Positions 1 to 13,467 of a stretch of DNA of 64,000 nt are shown in pieces; position 1 is the first letter of the stretch; every line of letters starts with the position of its first letter. The notes under the pieces were generated by a model, which did no database searches, was not told where the DNA came from, and saw nothing but the letters and a program-made list of their open reading frames with translations. Source of the DNA: Eledone cirrhosa (taxonomy: Eukaryota); the NCBI GenBank assembly GCA_964016885.1, contig OZ024746.1:25916001-25980000 (forward strand), in the 5' to 3' direction. Made by a program: the position numbers and the translations under genes.

Positions 1-1612
1 TTATCATACATCATCAGTGTTCATTGTCATCATCATCATCATCAACACCAATGTTCACCATTCATCATCATCCCCATCATCAGTGTTCCTCATCTTTGTC
101 ATCATTACCATCATCAGCATTACCATCATTCATCATCCAACCATCATCAACATTATTCTTCATCATCATCATCTCCCATCACCATCCATCTGTTTTTAAT
201 TACTGGCTTATGTAATATATGTTGTTATGGTCCAAGTCAATTCTTATTCCAAGTTATTGCCTTCCTGGAAAATTCAAGGGACCATATCATGCTCAGTCAT
301 TCTCTTTTTGATATAGTTTCTATGGCTTGATGCATTTCCTAACACCCATCAATTTACAAAGTGTACTGGGTGTATTTTATCATGGCACCAACACTACCAC
401 TTTATAGAGTGCATTTTGGTGTATTTTTTCATGGCACCAGCACTAGAGAGGTTGTCATGTCCTTGATATGATTGAAGACTCTTCTTTATGAGGGACACAA
501 ACAGCATCACCAATTGTCAAAATGGTGTTCATACACACATGCATGCATTCACATGCACATGCATGCCTATACACATATGTCCATGCACATGCACACATGC
601 TCACATCTTGGCATCTGAAAGAATGTCTAGCCATAAAATACTGTCTCATTAAAGTCTCATCCAACCTGTGCCAGCATGGAAAAGTCACTGTAAAAATTAC
701 GAGGATGAATGATGGGATCTCACACAATTTCCATCTCCCAAATTCTGTCTCCCAAGGCATTGGTTAGCCTGGGGCTATAGTAGAAGACATTTGTCCAAGG
801 TGCCAGGCAGTAGAATCAAACCTTTTGTTTGTGAGGTGAATGTTTCACCACACAACCTACCTTTTGTATATAGAAGACACTTTGTGGTTACCAGAGTTCG
901 CAGACCTGTAATTATGTGTCACACCATTTGTACCCCAGTCACTGTGAAAGTGTGTGTGGTTTAGTGGTTAGAGTGTTTGGCACATGATCATAAGGTCCTG
1001 AGTTTGATTCCTGAGTTTGTTTCCTGAGTTTGTTTCCCTCAAAAGGGTGAAAGGCAAAGCTGACCGCCAATAGAATTTGGACTTAGAGTGCAGAAAACCA
1101 AAGTGAATACCACAAAGCATGCTCTCTGACATTTTAACAAGTCTGCTGATTTACCACCTTATCATAGTCCTTGGTCCACTTCCATTCTGATGGGGAGTGT
1201 CTGTAATTTGGTACAGAATAAATATCACTAGTTATTTCTTTCAAAGAACTCTAGCCTTTCTGTTTTTCTGTACTGATGCTTACATCGTTTAGTGGAAGAT
1301 ATATATCCTCACCCTTTTACATTTATGCTTTAAATCTTAAGAATGCCTTAGAGACTTTGAAGGGTCCAGATATCATGGCCTTTTGTAAATTACGGATTAA
1401 AGCACTTCATTCTTTCTCTAAAAATCCAAGTTTAGTGATCATTTGGATAGTGGACATGCAAACTCCTCATCAGTGGTCTATAGATATTCTCTTCTCTTGT
1501 ATCTTCCTTACTACATTTACATCGAGTAGGCAGCTTTATATAAACATTTGCACAAGTGTGTGTATATATACATAAACTATGATACATATATATGCATGTA
1601 TATATATAATAT

Positions 1613-1654
<42 letters not shown>

Positions 1655-2261
1655 CATCATCATTGATTTATGTCAATTTTTTTCCAAGCTTGAATGGGTA
1701 AGGCTAGTCCTATAGAGAACAGTAATGAAACTACTTGCATATATACGCCAACACAGAAAATATCTAAAAAATGAATGTATAATAGAAAGCCATATTGACA
1801 CACACACACATATATGCACACAAACTACCCTTACACTATGTTGTTTATTTGATTTTTTTTTATGTTTCCATTTTTTAACTCATTGTTTTTTTTTCTGGTT
1901 TACGTATATATATGTATATATGTATATATGTATAGCTCTTTTACATACATAGTCATATATTTTAACTTAGAAATATATATTTATATATGTTATATCTCTT
2001 TTACACACACAGACATACACTCGCTTTACTTAGAAATATCTTTTACATACACACACAAATACACATAGAAACACACATATGCTTTACTTAGAAATATATA
2101 TTTATGTATATTATAATATCTTTGTTTTACTTATAAATATAATAAATAAAATATCTTTCTAGAAATATTGACAGGGAAAATGTTTTTTTTTTTTAAATTA
2201 AGCAGTAATATAAAAATAGATATCATTGAGATATACTTTTAAATGTTATGAAATATATCAC

Positions 2262-2405
2262 TGTATGACTGTGTGGTTACGATGTTGGTTTTGCAACCAC
2301 ACAGTTAAATGTTCAATCCCACTGCCTGGCATATATGGCAAGCGTCTTCTAGTATAGACTTGGGTTGGTCAATGCTTTTTGAGTGAATTTGGAAGATGGA
2401 AACTT
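2262..2405 (+). mobile_element. Third tRNA-derived SINE family (copies ~725-860-, 18960-19065-, 29820-29915+, 33238-33392+, 59445-59560-, 60345-60445+)
   Basis: TGTGTGGTT..GTTCAATCCC head, followed by GGCAAG(C/T)GTCTTCTA.TATAG.C..GG...CCAA.GCC...TGAATTTGG.AGATGGAAAC. Confidence 0.65.
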
Positions 2406-2445
2406 GCCAAACATAGGATCAAGAGCACACTTCATTTGTGTTTAA

Positions 2446-2644
2446 CTCTTTAGCATTTGAACCGGTCATAACCAGACAGAATTTTCCCACCTTTTTCTGT
2501 TCAAACCGGTGATAATTGGTTGCTCATACTGGTGTTAAGGAATTGTTCTTAAAATAAATATCTCATAGATTCGATATTATGTTCGATAAAGCCTTTTCTG
2601 TGAAAATACAATAGTAAATATAGAGTAATGTGAATGCTAAAGGG
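2446..2644. mobile_element. piggyBac-like MITE family 1 (other copies 20485-20675 and 30662-30861)
   Basis: TTAA-C(T/C)CTTTAGCATT...AATGCTAAAGGG-TTAA; the internal sequence is shared among three copies. Confidence 0.8.
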
Positions 2645-4554
2645 TTAAGACATGACAATCTCCCTAGTGTCAGTACCATAAGAAAATACACCCAAAGCAC
2701 TCTGTAAAGTGGTTGGGGGATATGAAGAGCATCCAGCCATAGAACATTTTCCAAACAAATATTTCTCTTGACCCTTCGCACACAGCCATAGCTTGCACCC
2801 AACCATACCTGCAGCTATCTTAACCATACAGCCATACCTGCACTTAACCATACAGCCACACCTGCATCCAACCACACAGCCATAACTGCACCCAACCACA
2901 CAGCCATAACTGCACTTATCTTAACCATACATCCATAACTGCATCTAACCATGCAACCATACCTTATTTAACAGAACCACCTAACCCTTGTGTGCCTGCT
3001 ATTAGCCTGCCATTAGCAGTCTAATCTGTTGCCTAGTTTAACACTGCCACCACTTGGCTTACAGGTACAGATTTAACGTTACCATCTGGTTCATGGGGTG
3101 CCCTTAGTTGAGCCTACTCTGTTGTCAGTAATTGAACTGAGTCCCTGGTCTGAATATAACTTCCTCTCTACTTCCCATCAGTCCTGAATGTCCTGTAAAG
3201 GTCCATTCATACTGGCCTTCTCCTCTATCTATGACATTAAAAAGAGAAGAAAAAACAAACAAACTCAAATCCACTGAATCTAGTTAAATCAATTGTCATC
3301 ATAACTGAAAAAAAGAACATCCTACTTGCATGTACTCATCATCATCATTATACATCTGCTTTTCATTTTGGCATGGGCTGGTTGAGTTGTTATAGCCTAA
3401 GTCTAGCTGGCTTGGAGAACCACATCTTGCTCATATGGTCCATATTTTGGCATGGTGTCTATAGCTGGATGCCTTTCTTAATGCTAACTACCTTACAGAG
3501 TTAATTAATGTATTTTATAATAGCAGAAGTACTACCACTTTGCAGGGTGTACTGCATTCATTTTATCATGGTACCAGCACTAGACAAGCACTCTAAAGCC
3601 ATTATTCCCTGCCAAAGCAGGGGTTAGCCTTGCGGGCTCTATGATAGAATTCATATTGATCATGGAGTCGTTTAAAGCAATGTTTTATAACTGGCTGACC
3701 TTCCTAGCATTAACACTTTTTGTCATTTCTTCTGACATGCAGAAATATGGTGTATCTACTCTAAAACAGATGCAGATAACACTGTAAATGATAAAAATGT
3801 GAAAACTTAAATCAGAAAATATTTAATAATATTTTAATTTAAACATCAGTTTATTACAAAATTTCAGTTATGGGAGTCCTCTTTCAATCATCACTGACCA
3901 TGGATTGCCACTGGAAATTTTCACTACAAGGTACAAGCCAGAGCAAGGTGCTTTATGGAAGACTAGCTGTCAACCATGTATTCCAGTCTTTCCTCTCCCT
4001 GCCATCAGTGTTGTCCAAGATAAAAACAAAGGCTGACACAGCTTGGCCCCAGTGTCATTGCAACCCATTTTGACCAACCGAGTGAACTAAAACAATGTAA
4101 GATAAAGAGTCATGCTCCAGGACACAATATGCCACCCAGTCCGGGAATGAGACTCATAGGCTGATACAGCTTGGCACCAGTGTCATTACAACCCATTTTT
4201 GCCAACTGAGTGAACTGAAACAATGCATAATGAAGAGATGCTCAATGGTACAATGTGCCACACAGTCTAGGAATTAAACTCACTACCTTACAATCATGAA
4301 TCCAACAATTTAACCACTGCACCACATACCTTGAAAAAATAGCAGATGAAAATAACATTAATAAGAAATATAGAGGTTATATCATTATCAACACCAAGAA
4401 ACAGAGAAAGGCAACTAAATAACTTTGAAGATGGAGTGACAGCATGATAAATGTGATCTTTACACCGATTAACAATCTTTAGTTAGCTTTTGATGTTTGT
4501 CTACCATTATTGGTTATTTCTGAGATTTTGTCTTTTAAATATTGACTGATAAAC

Positions 4555-4788
4555 ATTGGTGTTGTGGCTGCCTTGGAAACAGAGACAGAGAGAGCATTCT
4601 AACTGGTGTTGTAACTGTGTTGGGAGAGGGAGAGAGAGCATTGTGGTGCTGTGGCTGTGTTGGGAGAGGGAGAGAGAGAGCATTGTGGTGTTGTAACTAT
4701 GTTGGGAGAGAAAGAGAGAGCATTGTGGTGTTGTAACTGTGTTGGGAGAGGGAGAGAGAGAGAGCATTGTGGTGTTGTGGCTGTGTTG

Positions 4789-4872
<84 letters not shown>

Positions 4873-5100
4873 ATTGTGGTGTTGTGGCTGTGTTGGGAGA
4901 GAAAGAGAGAGCATTGTGGTGTTGTAACTGTGTTGGGAGAGGGAGAGAGAGAGAGAGAGCATTGTGGTGTTGTCGCTGTGTTGGGAGAGAAAGAGAGAGC
5001 ACTGTGGTGTTGTGGCTGTGTTGGGAGAGAGAGAGAGAGAGAGAGAGAGCATTGTAGTGTTGTGGCTGTCTTAGAAAGAGAGAGAGAGAGCGAGAGCATT
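4555..5100. repeat. Compound minisatellite: GCATTGTGGTGTTGT(GG/AA)CTGTGTTGGGA plus variable (GA)n
   Basis: About 10 units visible; long pure (GA)n at 4793-4871. Confidence 0.9.
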
Positions 5101-5233
5101 CTTCCTGGTTAATATAATTTTTAACATATTCCAAAATATGTCAGAGTTCAATTAGTTTATTGAGATTTATGCAGGATAAAAAATATAGTTTAGAAAATTA
5201 TTAGGTTTACCATAATGTGTTAATTAGATTTAC

Positions 5234-5562
5234 CATGATGTGTTGTTTCCTTGAGCAAGACACTTTATTTCACATTGCTCCAGTTTACTCAGCTGTAGAA
5301 ATGAGATGATAGGGGCTGGGGTCCCTATCATTCCACTGCAAAGTGGTCGTGGAGGTGCCACAGCAAACAAGCACCCAGCACTCACTGTAAATGAGGTTGG
5401 TGTTAGGAAGGGCATCCAGCTGTAGAAATCAAGCCAGAATCAGTTCCCGTATGAGCAAGACAAGGTCAGCCGACTGGATACTGCCCACAACAGGACAACC
5501 CGTCTAACCCATGCTAGTGTGGAAGAACAGGCGTAAAACGGTGATGATGATGATGATGATGA
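5234..5562 (+). mobile_element. Same SINE, 5'-truncated, long-tail variant
   Basis: Body matches the reverse complement of 12030-12215; the tail matches the long variant at 11540-11665; (GAT)n end. Confidence 0.8.
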
Positions 5563-8037
5563 TAATGAATGTCTGTCTTCCATTACTCCTACTACTGATC
5601 CTTTGCCACCCTTCATTCTCTCATACCCTTCTTTCATTACTGTATATCTCCCATTACTTCCCTTTCAACCATCTCTCATTATAATTCAGTCACTCTCTCC
5701 CATCATACTCTCACAACCTTCTCACAACACAAGTGGTATTGCAGGTGCCATAATAAAATACACCCAGTACGCTGTAAAGTGGTATTGCAGGTGCCATGAT
5801 AAAATACACCCAGTACACTCTGTAAAGTGATAGTACTGATGCCATGATAAAATACATACAGTATGCTGTAAAGTGATAGACTAATGCCGTAAGATACACT
5901 CAGTAGACTGTAAAGTAGTAATGTTGGTGCCATGACAAGAAACAGATTTATGGACTGATATATTTTGATAACTTTCCAGCATTTCTCTGGCTTTTATTTC
6001 TCCTTAACCTTTTTGTGACTGTATTTCTAATGTCATACACTGTATTTCAATTAATTAATGAAAAATTTGAAGGGATTTTAATAAATTTATTATTTCATTA
6101 TTAACTTGGTATTTGTAACATAACTTAACACCGTTGTTAACCATATTTCTAATGAAAGACACTCTATTATTTTCAAAAACATTTCAAAATTATCAAGAAT
6201 TTGGAGGGGATTTCTCATTATTGAGCTGGTGTTTGAAACATAACTTAACAAAAGTTCTTACATAAAATTATTATAGGTTTTTAGATAAATATTACCACTT
6301 TCAAATATACATAGATGGTTTCAGGTGGTTTGTTATCAGATGTATTAACAAAAGTTCTTACACCAAATTATGTTGGGAAATTTTATTATAATTAGGAATC
6401 TTTTAAAATGGTTGGTTTTGTTCCAAAGAAATAGGGGCATGTGGGGCCCGGTTGGTATGAAATGCTTAAAATAGCCAATAGGGAATAAACAGTTAAGCCT
6501 TTTGTTACCATATTTCTAATGAAAATGACACTACCTCTTATTTTCAAATAATTAAAAAAAATAATCAAGAACTTATATAAAGATTTAGTAATATAACTGT
6601 CTCATTATTAAACTAGTATATATCTGAAATGTTCTTACATAAAATTATGATGCAAGTTTTTTTTTAGATAAATATAAACACTTGAATATTAGCAGTTTAG
6701 AATTATAGAGCCAAGGGTGGTTTCAGGCAGTTTAAATCAATATATTGTCAGCTGGACCCAAGATATCTGTGATTTCAAGTAATTGTGTGATAGACAAATC
6801 CCAGCAGGAGGGATCTTAAATAGGAGCTCTGTCTGCCATTAACTTATATAAAGAAATACCATAGTTTCAAATAATTAGGAGATAAATTGTAAGTATTATT
6901 CTCTGAGAAATATACTTCATTTCAATCAATATTATGATGGTTATTTTTCAAAATAATTCTTTATCGGTTCTACTTCTCTGAATTGAGAGATCACAGCTCT
7001 GATATTATGGACATGTGGTTAGAATGTCTCAGGAAAGAATCGCTGCACAGATTTTACAAGTAAAACCAGCCAGCAGTAGACCCAGGGGTAGACTCCAAGC
7101 AGGATGGTTGGATAACATCCATGAGGTTGGCTGATCTTGCTTGGGATCCAGCTGGATCAATTGGAGGTAGTTACTTCTGACAAGACCTGCTAGAAAGAAT
7201 ACTAGAGGATTCTACCCCAACAACCCTCCCAGGAATAAGTGGGTGAAGAAGAATTCTTTATCTGTTGAGTTACCAAACATATAACTTGTACCCAAGACTG
7301 GTGCCTAGATATTTAATACCCAAGGCCAGTGTCTAGGCATTTAATGCCCAAGGCTAGCCTTACAAAATGTATTCCCTTATACCAGTTACATGCTTGATTC
7401 TCCTAAATCACAGGTTCTCAACCCATTTAGGCCAAACGCCCCCTTTTGTCGCTTGCAATCACGAAACGCCCCCCCCCCCTCCCTATTTTTTCATTTTTCA
7501 ATATACTACTGATTTTGATATCAATAGATTACTAAAAAATTGATTAACAATATTCAGGTAGCTGAGAGTATAAATACATTCCTTGAAAGGAAATATATAA
7601 ATTTCAAAAAAAGGAACATAAATGTTCTTTTTTATGAATAAGGACCAGTTGAATTTGTTATATTCCCACCAGGCGATACCAGCTATTTTGAACATTTATA
7701 CAAGAGAAACTCTGTCTATCCCAAGAGTGTTCTTATCTGGAAGAAAGTGGGCATTATATCATTTCAAAGCTTTCCAATTTTCCCTTTAATGAAACGGACA
7801 GAATAAATGTTAATATCAAACTTGATGTCCCCCTGCTTTGTGAGCTTAGAGACCACGGAAGAGGGTTTTCATGACCACGCGGGAGGGTTTATTTATTAAT
7901 AAATGGTAAAATATATACAACAAATGAGTAATTGAATTGTAGACTGCAACTACAAATAAAAAAATGTTTAGTTTGCTTTGTAACAATAGCATATGCAAGT
8001 TTTCAGATAAATCAACTTACTTTAACTTTGACTCATT

Positions 8038-9070
8038 TCAATGGGACCCTTGAGCTTCATGGAGTCTAGCTAACTCTTTGACGTGAGGCTGAATTTTCCT
8101 AAGATGTAGCCAGAGATCTCCACATGTAATTACATTGTAGCGGTTGCGAGCCTTCTCTCGACTAAGTATGAGCTTGGAAAAGGCAGAGCAAATCTCTTAG
8201 CCTCTGCATGTAGGTGTGGAAATCAACGCTGAATTTCCTCTTGCATCCCAAAAAGGGGTTCACCTATTTTGGGAAATCTAATTTTGATCATGTTATCTGC
8301 TTGAAGTTCAATGAATTCTTCCTGAAATTTAACGTCCAAATCGTCGACGTTAGCTATGAAAGCATCTGCTATCCACATTGGGATGTCCATCGGCAAAGGG
8401 TCGACAAACCATTCTCTCATGTTGTCTTGTAGCGCACGGAGGTGAGTGGTATAAATTTGGAGTTGGTCATCGCTTACAATGTTTTGAACATTGGTGACAC
8501 TAGGAAAATTATAGAATTCCCGTCAACAAAGATTCCTTTCGATAACATTCAATTTGGCCAGGAATGTTTTCACAGCATTCCTTGCTTTAAGCAAGGTGAT
8601 CTTCTTCCCTGCAAAGCCAAAATGACGCTATTTCATTTGTCGAAGATGTTGGTGAGGTAGGCGCAGTCTTGCCTCACATCGAGGGTTTTCTTGTACAGTT
8701 CTGTGTTGCATCCTCTTAGAAACTCAATGATAGAGTCGAAGAGTTGAAAGAAGTGAGTAAAGCACTTGCCCTTTGAAAGCCACCTCACTTCAGTATGAAG
8801 GAGCAACTTGACGAATTCTTCGTCATTATCTTGGCACAGTTGCTGGAAAATTCGTTCATTGAGGGAATGCTGTTTGATAAAATTGATGACATCAATGGCC
8901 ACCTGCAAGGACTTGCTCAGAGGTTTGCTGAATTTCTTCGCAGACAAGTGTTGTCGATGAATGACACAATGAACAGCAAATACAGAGAGATTTTCTCTCT
9001 TCAGAAGAGTGACGAAGCTCTTATGTTGGCCGACCATTGCTCTTGCGTCGTCCGTAGCACATGATACAAT
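8038..9070 (-). pseudogene. hAT transposase remnant (C-terminal part)
   Basis: Motifs: SCATDDARAMVG (2nd catalytic D), HCVIHRQHL (CxxH), HTEVRWLSKG, WFVDP, LPFPSSYLVER (catalytic E), RNR...GDL...AQGSH*. Stops and frameshifts are present; the N-terminus is missing. Confidence 0.9.
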
Positions 9071-9752
9071 GTGTGTTGTATGTGGTCCTAGATGTATGTA
9101 TTACCTGCCTGTGTGTTGTATGTAGTCCTAGATGTATGTATTACCTGCTTATGTATTGCATGTGGTCCCAGCTGTATGTATTACCTGCTTGTGTGTTGTA
9201 TGTGGTCCTAGATGTGTGTATTACCTGCTTATGTGTTGAATGTGGTCTTAGATGTGTGTGCTACCTGCCTGTGTGTTGTATGTGATCCTAGATGTGTGTG
9301 TGCTACCTCCTTATGTGTTGTATGTGGTCCTAGATGTATGTATTACCTGATTGTGTTGTATGTGGTCCTAGATGTATGTATTACCTGCTTATGTGTTGAA
9401 TGTGGTCTTAGATGTGTGTGCTACCTGCCTGTGTGTTTTACGTGGTCCTAGATGTGTGTGTGCTACCTCCTTATGTGTTGCATGTGGTCCTAGATGTGTG
9501 TATTACCTTATTATGTGTTGTATGTAGTCCTAGATGTTTGTATTACCTGCTTATGTGTTGTATGTGGTCCTAGATGTGTGTGCTACATGCCTGTGTGTTT
9601 TATGTGATCCTAGGTGTGTGTGTGCTACCTCCTTATGTGTTGCATGTGGTCCTAGATGTGTGTATTACCTGCTTATGTGTTGCATGTGGTCTTAGATGCG
9701 TGTATTACCTGCTTATATGTTGTATGTGGTCCTAGATGTATGTGCTACCCGC
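9070..9752. repeat. ~40-bp minisatellite inside the hAT element
   Basis: About 17 copies of ATGTGTTGTATGTGGTCCTAGATGTATGTATTACCTGCTT with variants. Confidence 0.9.
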
Positions 9753-10631
9753 TTGTTTTTTTTTACGTGTTTTTTTTCTTTTTTTATTTGTAATATTATT
9801 TATACAATAGAGAATAAAATAGACCTATATAGTGTTAACTCGTTACGGTTGAGTCAATAATTTCAGACATGAAATACATTGTTATCGGTGAAGGAAAGAT
9901 AAGATTCTAACTGGCTGCGCTCAAAGTGTCCTTGACCCAGATGATTGTGGGTTTTTTCATTTTTAGGATCTCAAATTACCGGTTAATGTCTAGACACGCC
10001 TGCACACAGCTGCGGTCAGACTATAGTTATGCTGTCTGCAAGCTCATTCAAATGTATTCACACTGGCTGTCTCAAAGACATACAAATATGGCTTATAAAA
10101 CTTACCAACGTAAAGGGTCTTCCAGCCCCCCCCCCCCCCCCCCCCAGCTCTAAACGCCCCCCTAACGCGACCTTGCTCCCAAACGCCCCCCCCCCCTGGA
10201 GTTCCGAGAACGCTGGGGGTGCATATGCCCCCCGTTGAGAACCTTTGTCCTAAATAAAATAACTGGTAAGTTGACACTTTGTGCTTTTATAAAACTAAGA
10301 AAATTACTGAGCCTACATTTTCTACTACACTGAAACCTTGTGACAAGTCATAAAAGCCACACAAGCCTCTTCACTACTTTGGATATTTCCACAATGTTAC
10401 TGTGTGGCAAAGTTTTGATTTATTTATTAATTGCAGGAAATTATTACATATTTACTTTAATTCTACAAAATTGTATAAAACTGTGATCCTTTAAGGTTCA
10501 GTAATGTGTCTCTCTGAGGTCTGTGCCCTAGGCATCTGCCTAGTTGATCTAATGGTAGTACTGGCCCTGCTGATGCCTGCAGAAGCTTAACCTTTCACAC
10601 ACAATATATATATTTGCCATCAAAACAATTT

Positions 10632-10694
10632 AGTCACTAGACTAATTTAAAATATTTATTGTTGAAATGGTCTAGTGACTTTTGGGCCACCCTG
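10632..10694. mobile_element. Tc1/mariner-type MITE remnant
   Basis: Inverted pair AGTCACTAGAC...GTCTAGTGACT. The right end is TTTTGGGCCACCCTG+TA; the left end is decayed. Confidence 0.55.
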
Positions 10695-10739
10695 TACTAT
10701 GTATATAATAGGGAGAAAGCAATAAGCAAATTAGCGAAT

Positions 10740-10851
10740 TACCGATTAATCGGCTGATTATCTATAATGTAATTATCCAAAACCGATTAATCGACAAAAA
10801 AAGCCAATATGGCCGACATTGATTATCTGCTGATTAATCAGTGCAAGCCTA
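10740..10851. mobile_element. hAT-like element end with CCGATTAATCG subterminal repeats
   Basis: Three (C)GATTAATC(G) palindromic motifs, ending ...GTGCAAGCCTA, which resembles a TAGG-type hAT terminus. Confidence 0.45.
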
Positions 10852-11281
10852 ATATATAAATAACTATCTATATGATATAGATATAAATAATATGCTATAG
10901 ATATAAATAACTATCTATATGATATACCTGGGAAAGAGCTGTGTGGCCTGAAATCAATTGTTGGTTACAGCCAGACTCTTTCATTGATGTTACTTATAGT
11001 CACATGAAGAATAATTCCTGCAAACCTCCCACGCCCTCCTCCCCCATCACACAAAATCTATAGAATTTATAAGTCATTGATGCTGAACTGCTGTTTATTA
11101 ACGGTCATGCATTCCATTCTATTTAGTACACTTGTACATGACATATGTACAACTGTGTATGTGTGTGTATATATATACACACACATAGCAGGGAAAATGA
11201 ATGTTAAATAATAATACATACATACACACACATTCATATATATGTATATATATATTTATATATATATGTGTGTATATATAT

Positions 11282-11324
<43 letters not shown>

Positions 11325-11340
11325 AATATATATATATATG

Positions 11341-11665
11341 GGTACCCATGGGTACAAGCTGAAGCATATAGACAATATGCCCCCACACCCTCTCACTGCA
11401 AGGTGGTCGTGGAGGTGCCACAGCAAAAAAGCACCCAGCCCACACTGTAAAGTGAACGTGTAGGCGCCACGAAAAAGCACCCAGCACTCACTGTAAATGA
11501 GGTTGGTGTTAGGAAGGGCATCCAGCTGTAGAAATCAAGCCAAATCAGTTCCTGTATGAGCAAAGCATGGTCAGCCGACCAGACACTGTCCACAACAGGA
11601 CAACCCGTCTAACCCATGCTAGCGTGGAAGAACGGACGTAAAACGGTGATGATAATGATGATGAT
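11341..11665 (+). mobile_element. RTE subfamily B 3' end (long-tail variant)
   Basis: CCCATGGGTACAAGCTGAAGCATATAGACAATATGCCCC matches 38102-38140; the tail ends in (GAT)n; (TA)n flanks. Confidence 0.85.
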
Positions 11666-11941
11666 ATATATACATATATATATATATATATAAACCACAG
11701 ACCCTCCATCTCAACTCTATTTTTGAAAAGCAGAAGAACTGCGAAACCGGTAAAGGAACCAAATAAATATTTATATTTTTTAAAAAATAAGATTCCAGTT
11801 GCATTTTCGATTTCATCTTTTTTTCTTTATACTTTCACTCGGTTATTTTTCATTTTGTAAAAAAACCCTCACTTTCTAATATATATATATATATGTAAAT
11901 ATGTATATATATGTATATATGTATATGTATGTATGTATATA

Positions 11942-12291
11942 TTTCATTCATCATCATTTTCATTTCATTTTATGTCCACTTTTCCCTGCTTGCAAGGGTG
12001 GAACGGGAACTGATTCTGGCTTGATTTCTACAGCTGGATGCCTTTCCTAACACCAACCTCATTTACAGTAAGTGCTGGGTGCTTTTTTTCCATGGCACCT
12101 CCACGACCACTTTGCAGTGGAATGATAGGGACCCCAGTCCCTATCATCTCATTTCTACAGCTGAGTAAACTGGAGCAATGTGAAATAAAGTGTCTTGCTC
12201 AAGGAAACAACACATCACCCAGTCTGAGAATTGAACTCACAACCTTTCGATTGCAAGGTCAATGCTCTAACCACTAAGCCATGTGCCTCCA
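11942..12291 (-). mobile_element. tRNA-derived SINE with RTE-B tail (full length)
   Basis: Minus strand: A box TGGCTTAGTGG, B box GAGTTCAATTC, central GTTTCCTTGAGCAAGACACT. The tail matches the LINE 3'UTR at 38155-38310. Embedded in (TA)n. Confidence 0.85.
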
Positions 12292-12332
<41 letters not shown>

Positions 12333-12337
12333 GTATG

Positions 12338-12390
<53 letters not shown>

Positions 12391-12392
12391 GT

Positions 12393-13080
12393 ATGAAAGA
12401 CGCATGAAAGACGACAGCTGTATAACAAAGTGCAGGGCAATAAAGATAGATGGTAGCCACGGAGTAGGCAGACCCAGGCAAACCTGGGACGAGCTGATAA
12501 ATTCCGACCTCACACACTTACACCTCTCCAAGACAATGTCACTGGACCGAGACCTTTGGCGGTACTCAGTAACAGAGAAGACCCGCCTTACCTAAATACA
12601 AAGTAAAACCTACTAGTCAGTAGGCATCTCTAACAAAATACACCCCCGTCCCACCCCATCCACACCGCCCCCTTCAATGCAAAGTTATGTTGGTGCCACA
12701 ACATCCAGGCCGAAACAAACGAGATCGTGTAGGTGTCACGACAAAAAAACACACAGTCCACACTGTAATGTGACCGTGTAGGCAAAACGGTAAAAACCTC
12801 CCAGTCCTACACTGTAAATGTGATTGGTGTTAGGAAGGGCATCCAGCTGTAGAAAACACGCCAGACAGTCCACGCTGTAATGTGGCCGTGTAGGCAACAC
12901 GGTAAAAACCTCCCAGCCCCACACTGTAAATGTAGTTGGTGTTAGGAAGGGCATCCAGCTGTAGAAAACCCGCCAGACAGTCCTATGCGAGCAAGACAAC
13001 CACTCTTGCCTCAAGTGGGAAAACCCCCGTCCAAACCCATGCAGGCGTGGAACAGGGACGTTAAACGATGATGATGACGT
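12393..13080 (+). mobile_element. RTE LINE subfamily A, 3' fragment
   Basis: [11 protein letters not shown]...EKTRLT* plus a 3'UTR close to 15153-15656; GATGATGATG tail; embedded in (TA)n. Confidence 0.92.
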
Positions 13081-13386
13081 ATATATATATATATATGTAT
13101 ATATATGTATATGTATATATATGTATATGTATGTATATATATATATATATATGTATATGTATGTATATATATATATATATATGTATATGTATGTATATAT
13201 ATATATATATGTATATATATATGTATATATATGTATGTATATATATATGTATATATGTATATATATATGTATATATATATATGTATATATATATGTATAT
13301 ATATATATGTATATATATATGTATATATATATATGTATGTATATATATATGTATATATATATATGTATATATATATGTATATATAT

Positions 13387-13434
<48 letters not shown>

Positions 13435-13467
13435 GTATATATATATATGTATATATATATATATGTA

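Larger units (their letters stand above)
7409..10247 (-). mobile_element. hAT DNA transposon (Buster/Charlie-type), internally deleted, non-autonomous
   Basis: 14-bp TIRs CACAGGTTCTCAAC (7409-7422) and GTTGAGAACCTTTG (10234-10247), one mismatch. Perfect 8-bp TSD TCCTAAAT (7401-7408 and 10248-10255) with the central TA typical of Buster elements. Confidence 0.93.

Noticed and set aside
4507-5134. Ser-Leu and Glu-Arg repeat ORFs
   Set aside because: Translations of the (GA)n compound minisatellite.
9061-9451. Cys-rich ORFs resembling metallothionein or keratin-associated proteins
   Set aside because: Translations of the 40-bp minisatellite inside the hAT element; the unit length is not a multiple of three.
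12215-12291. tRNA gene (also 950-1020, 24370-24430, 25470-25540, 36130-36200, 60895-60955)
   Set aside because: A and B boxes are present but there is no intact cloverleaf or acceptor stem, and each continues into SINE body sequence; these are SINE heads.
13068-13467. N-terminal ~133 aa of the 694-aa ORF as part of the LINE protein
   Set aside because: Read-through from the upstream copy's GATGATG tail across a TA tract; the true N-terminus (AP endonuclease) is absent.
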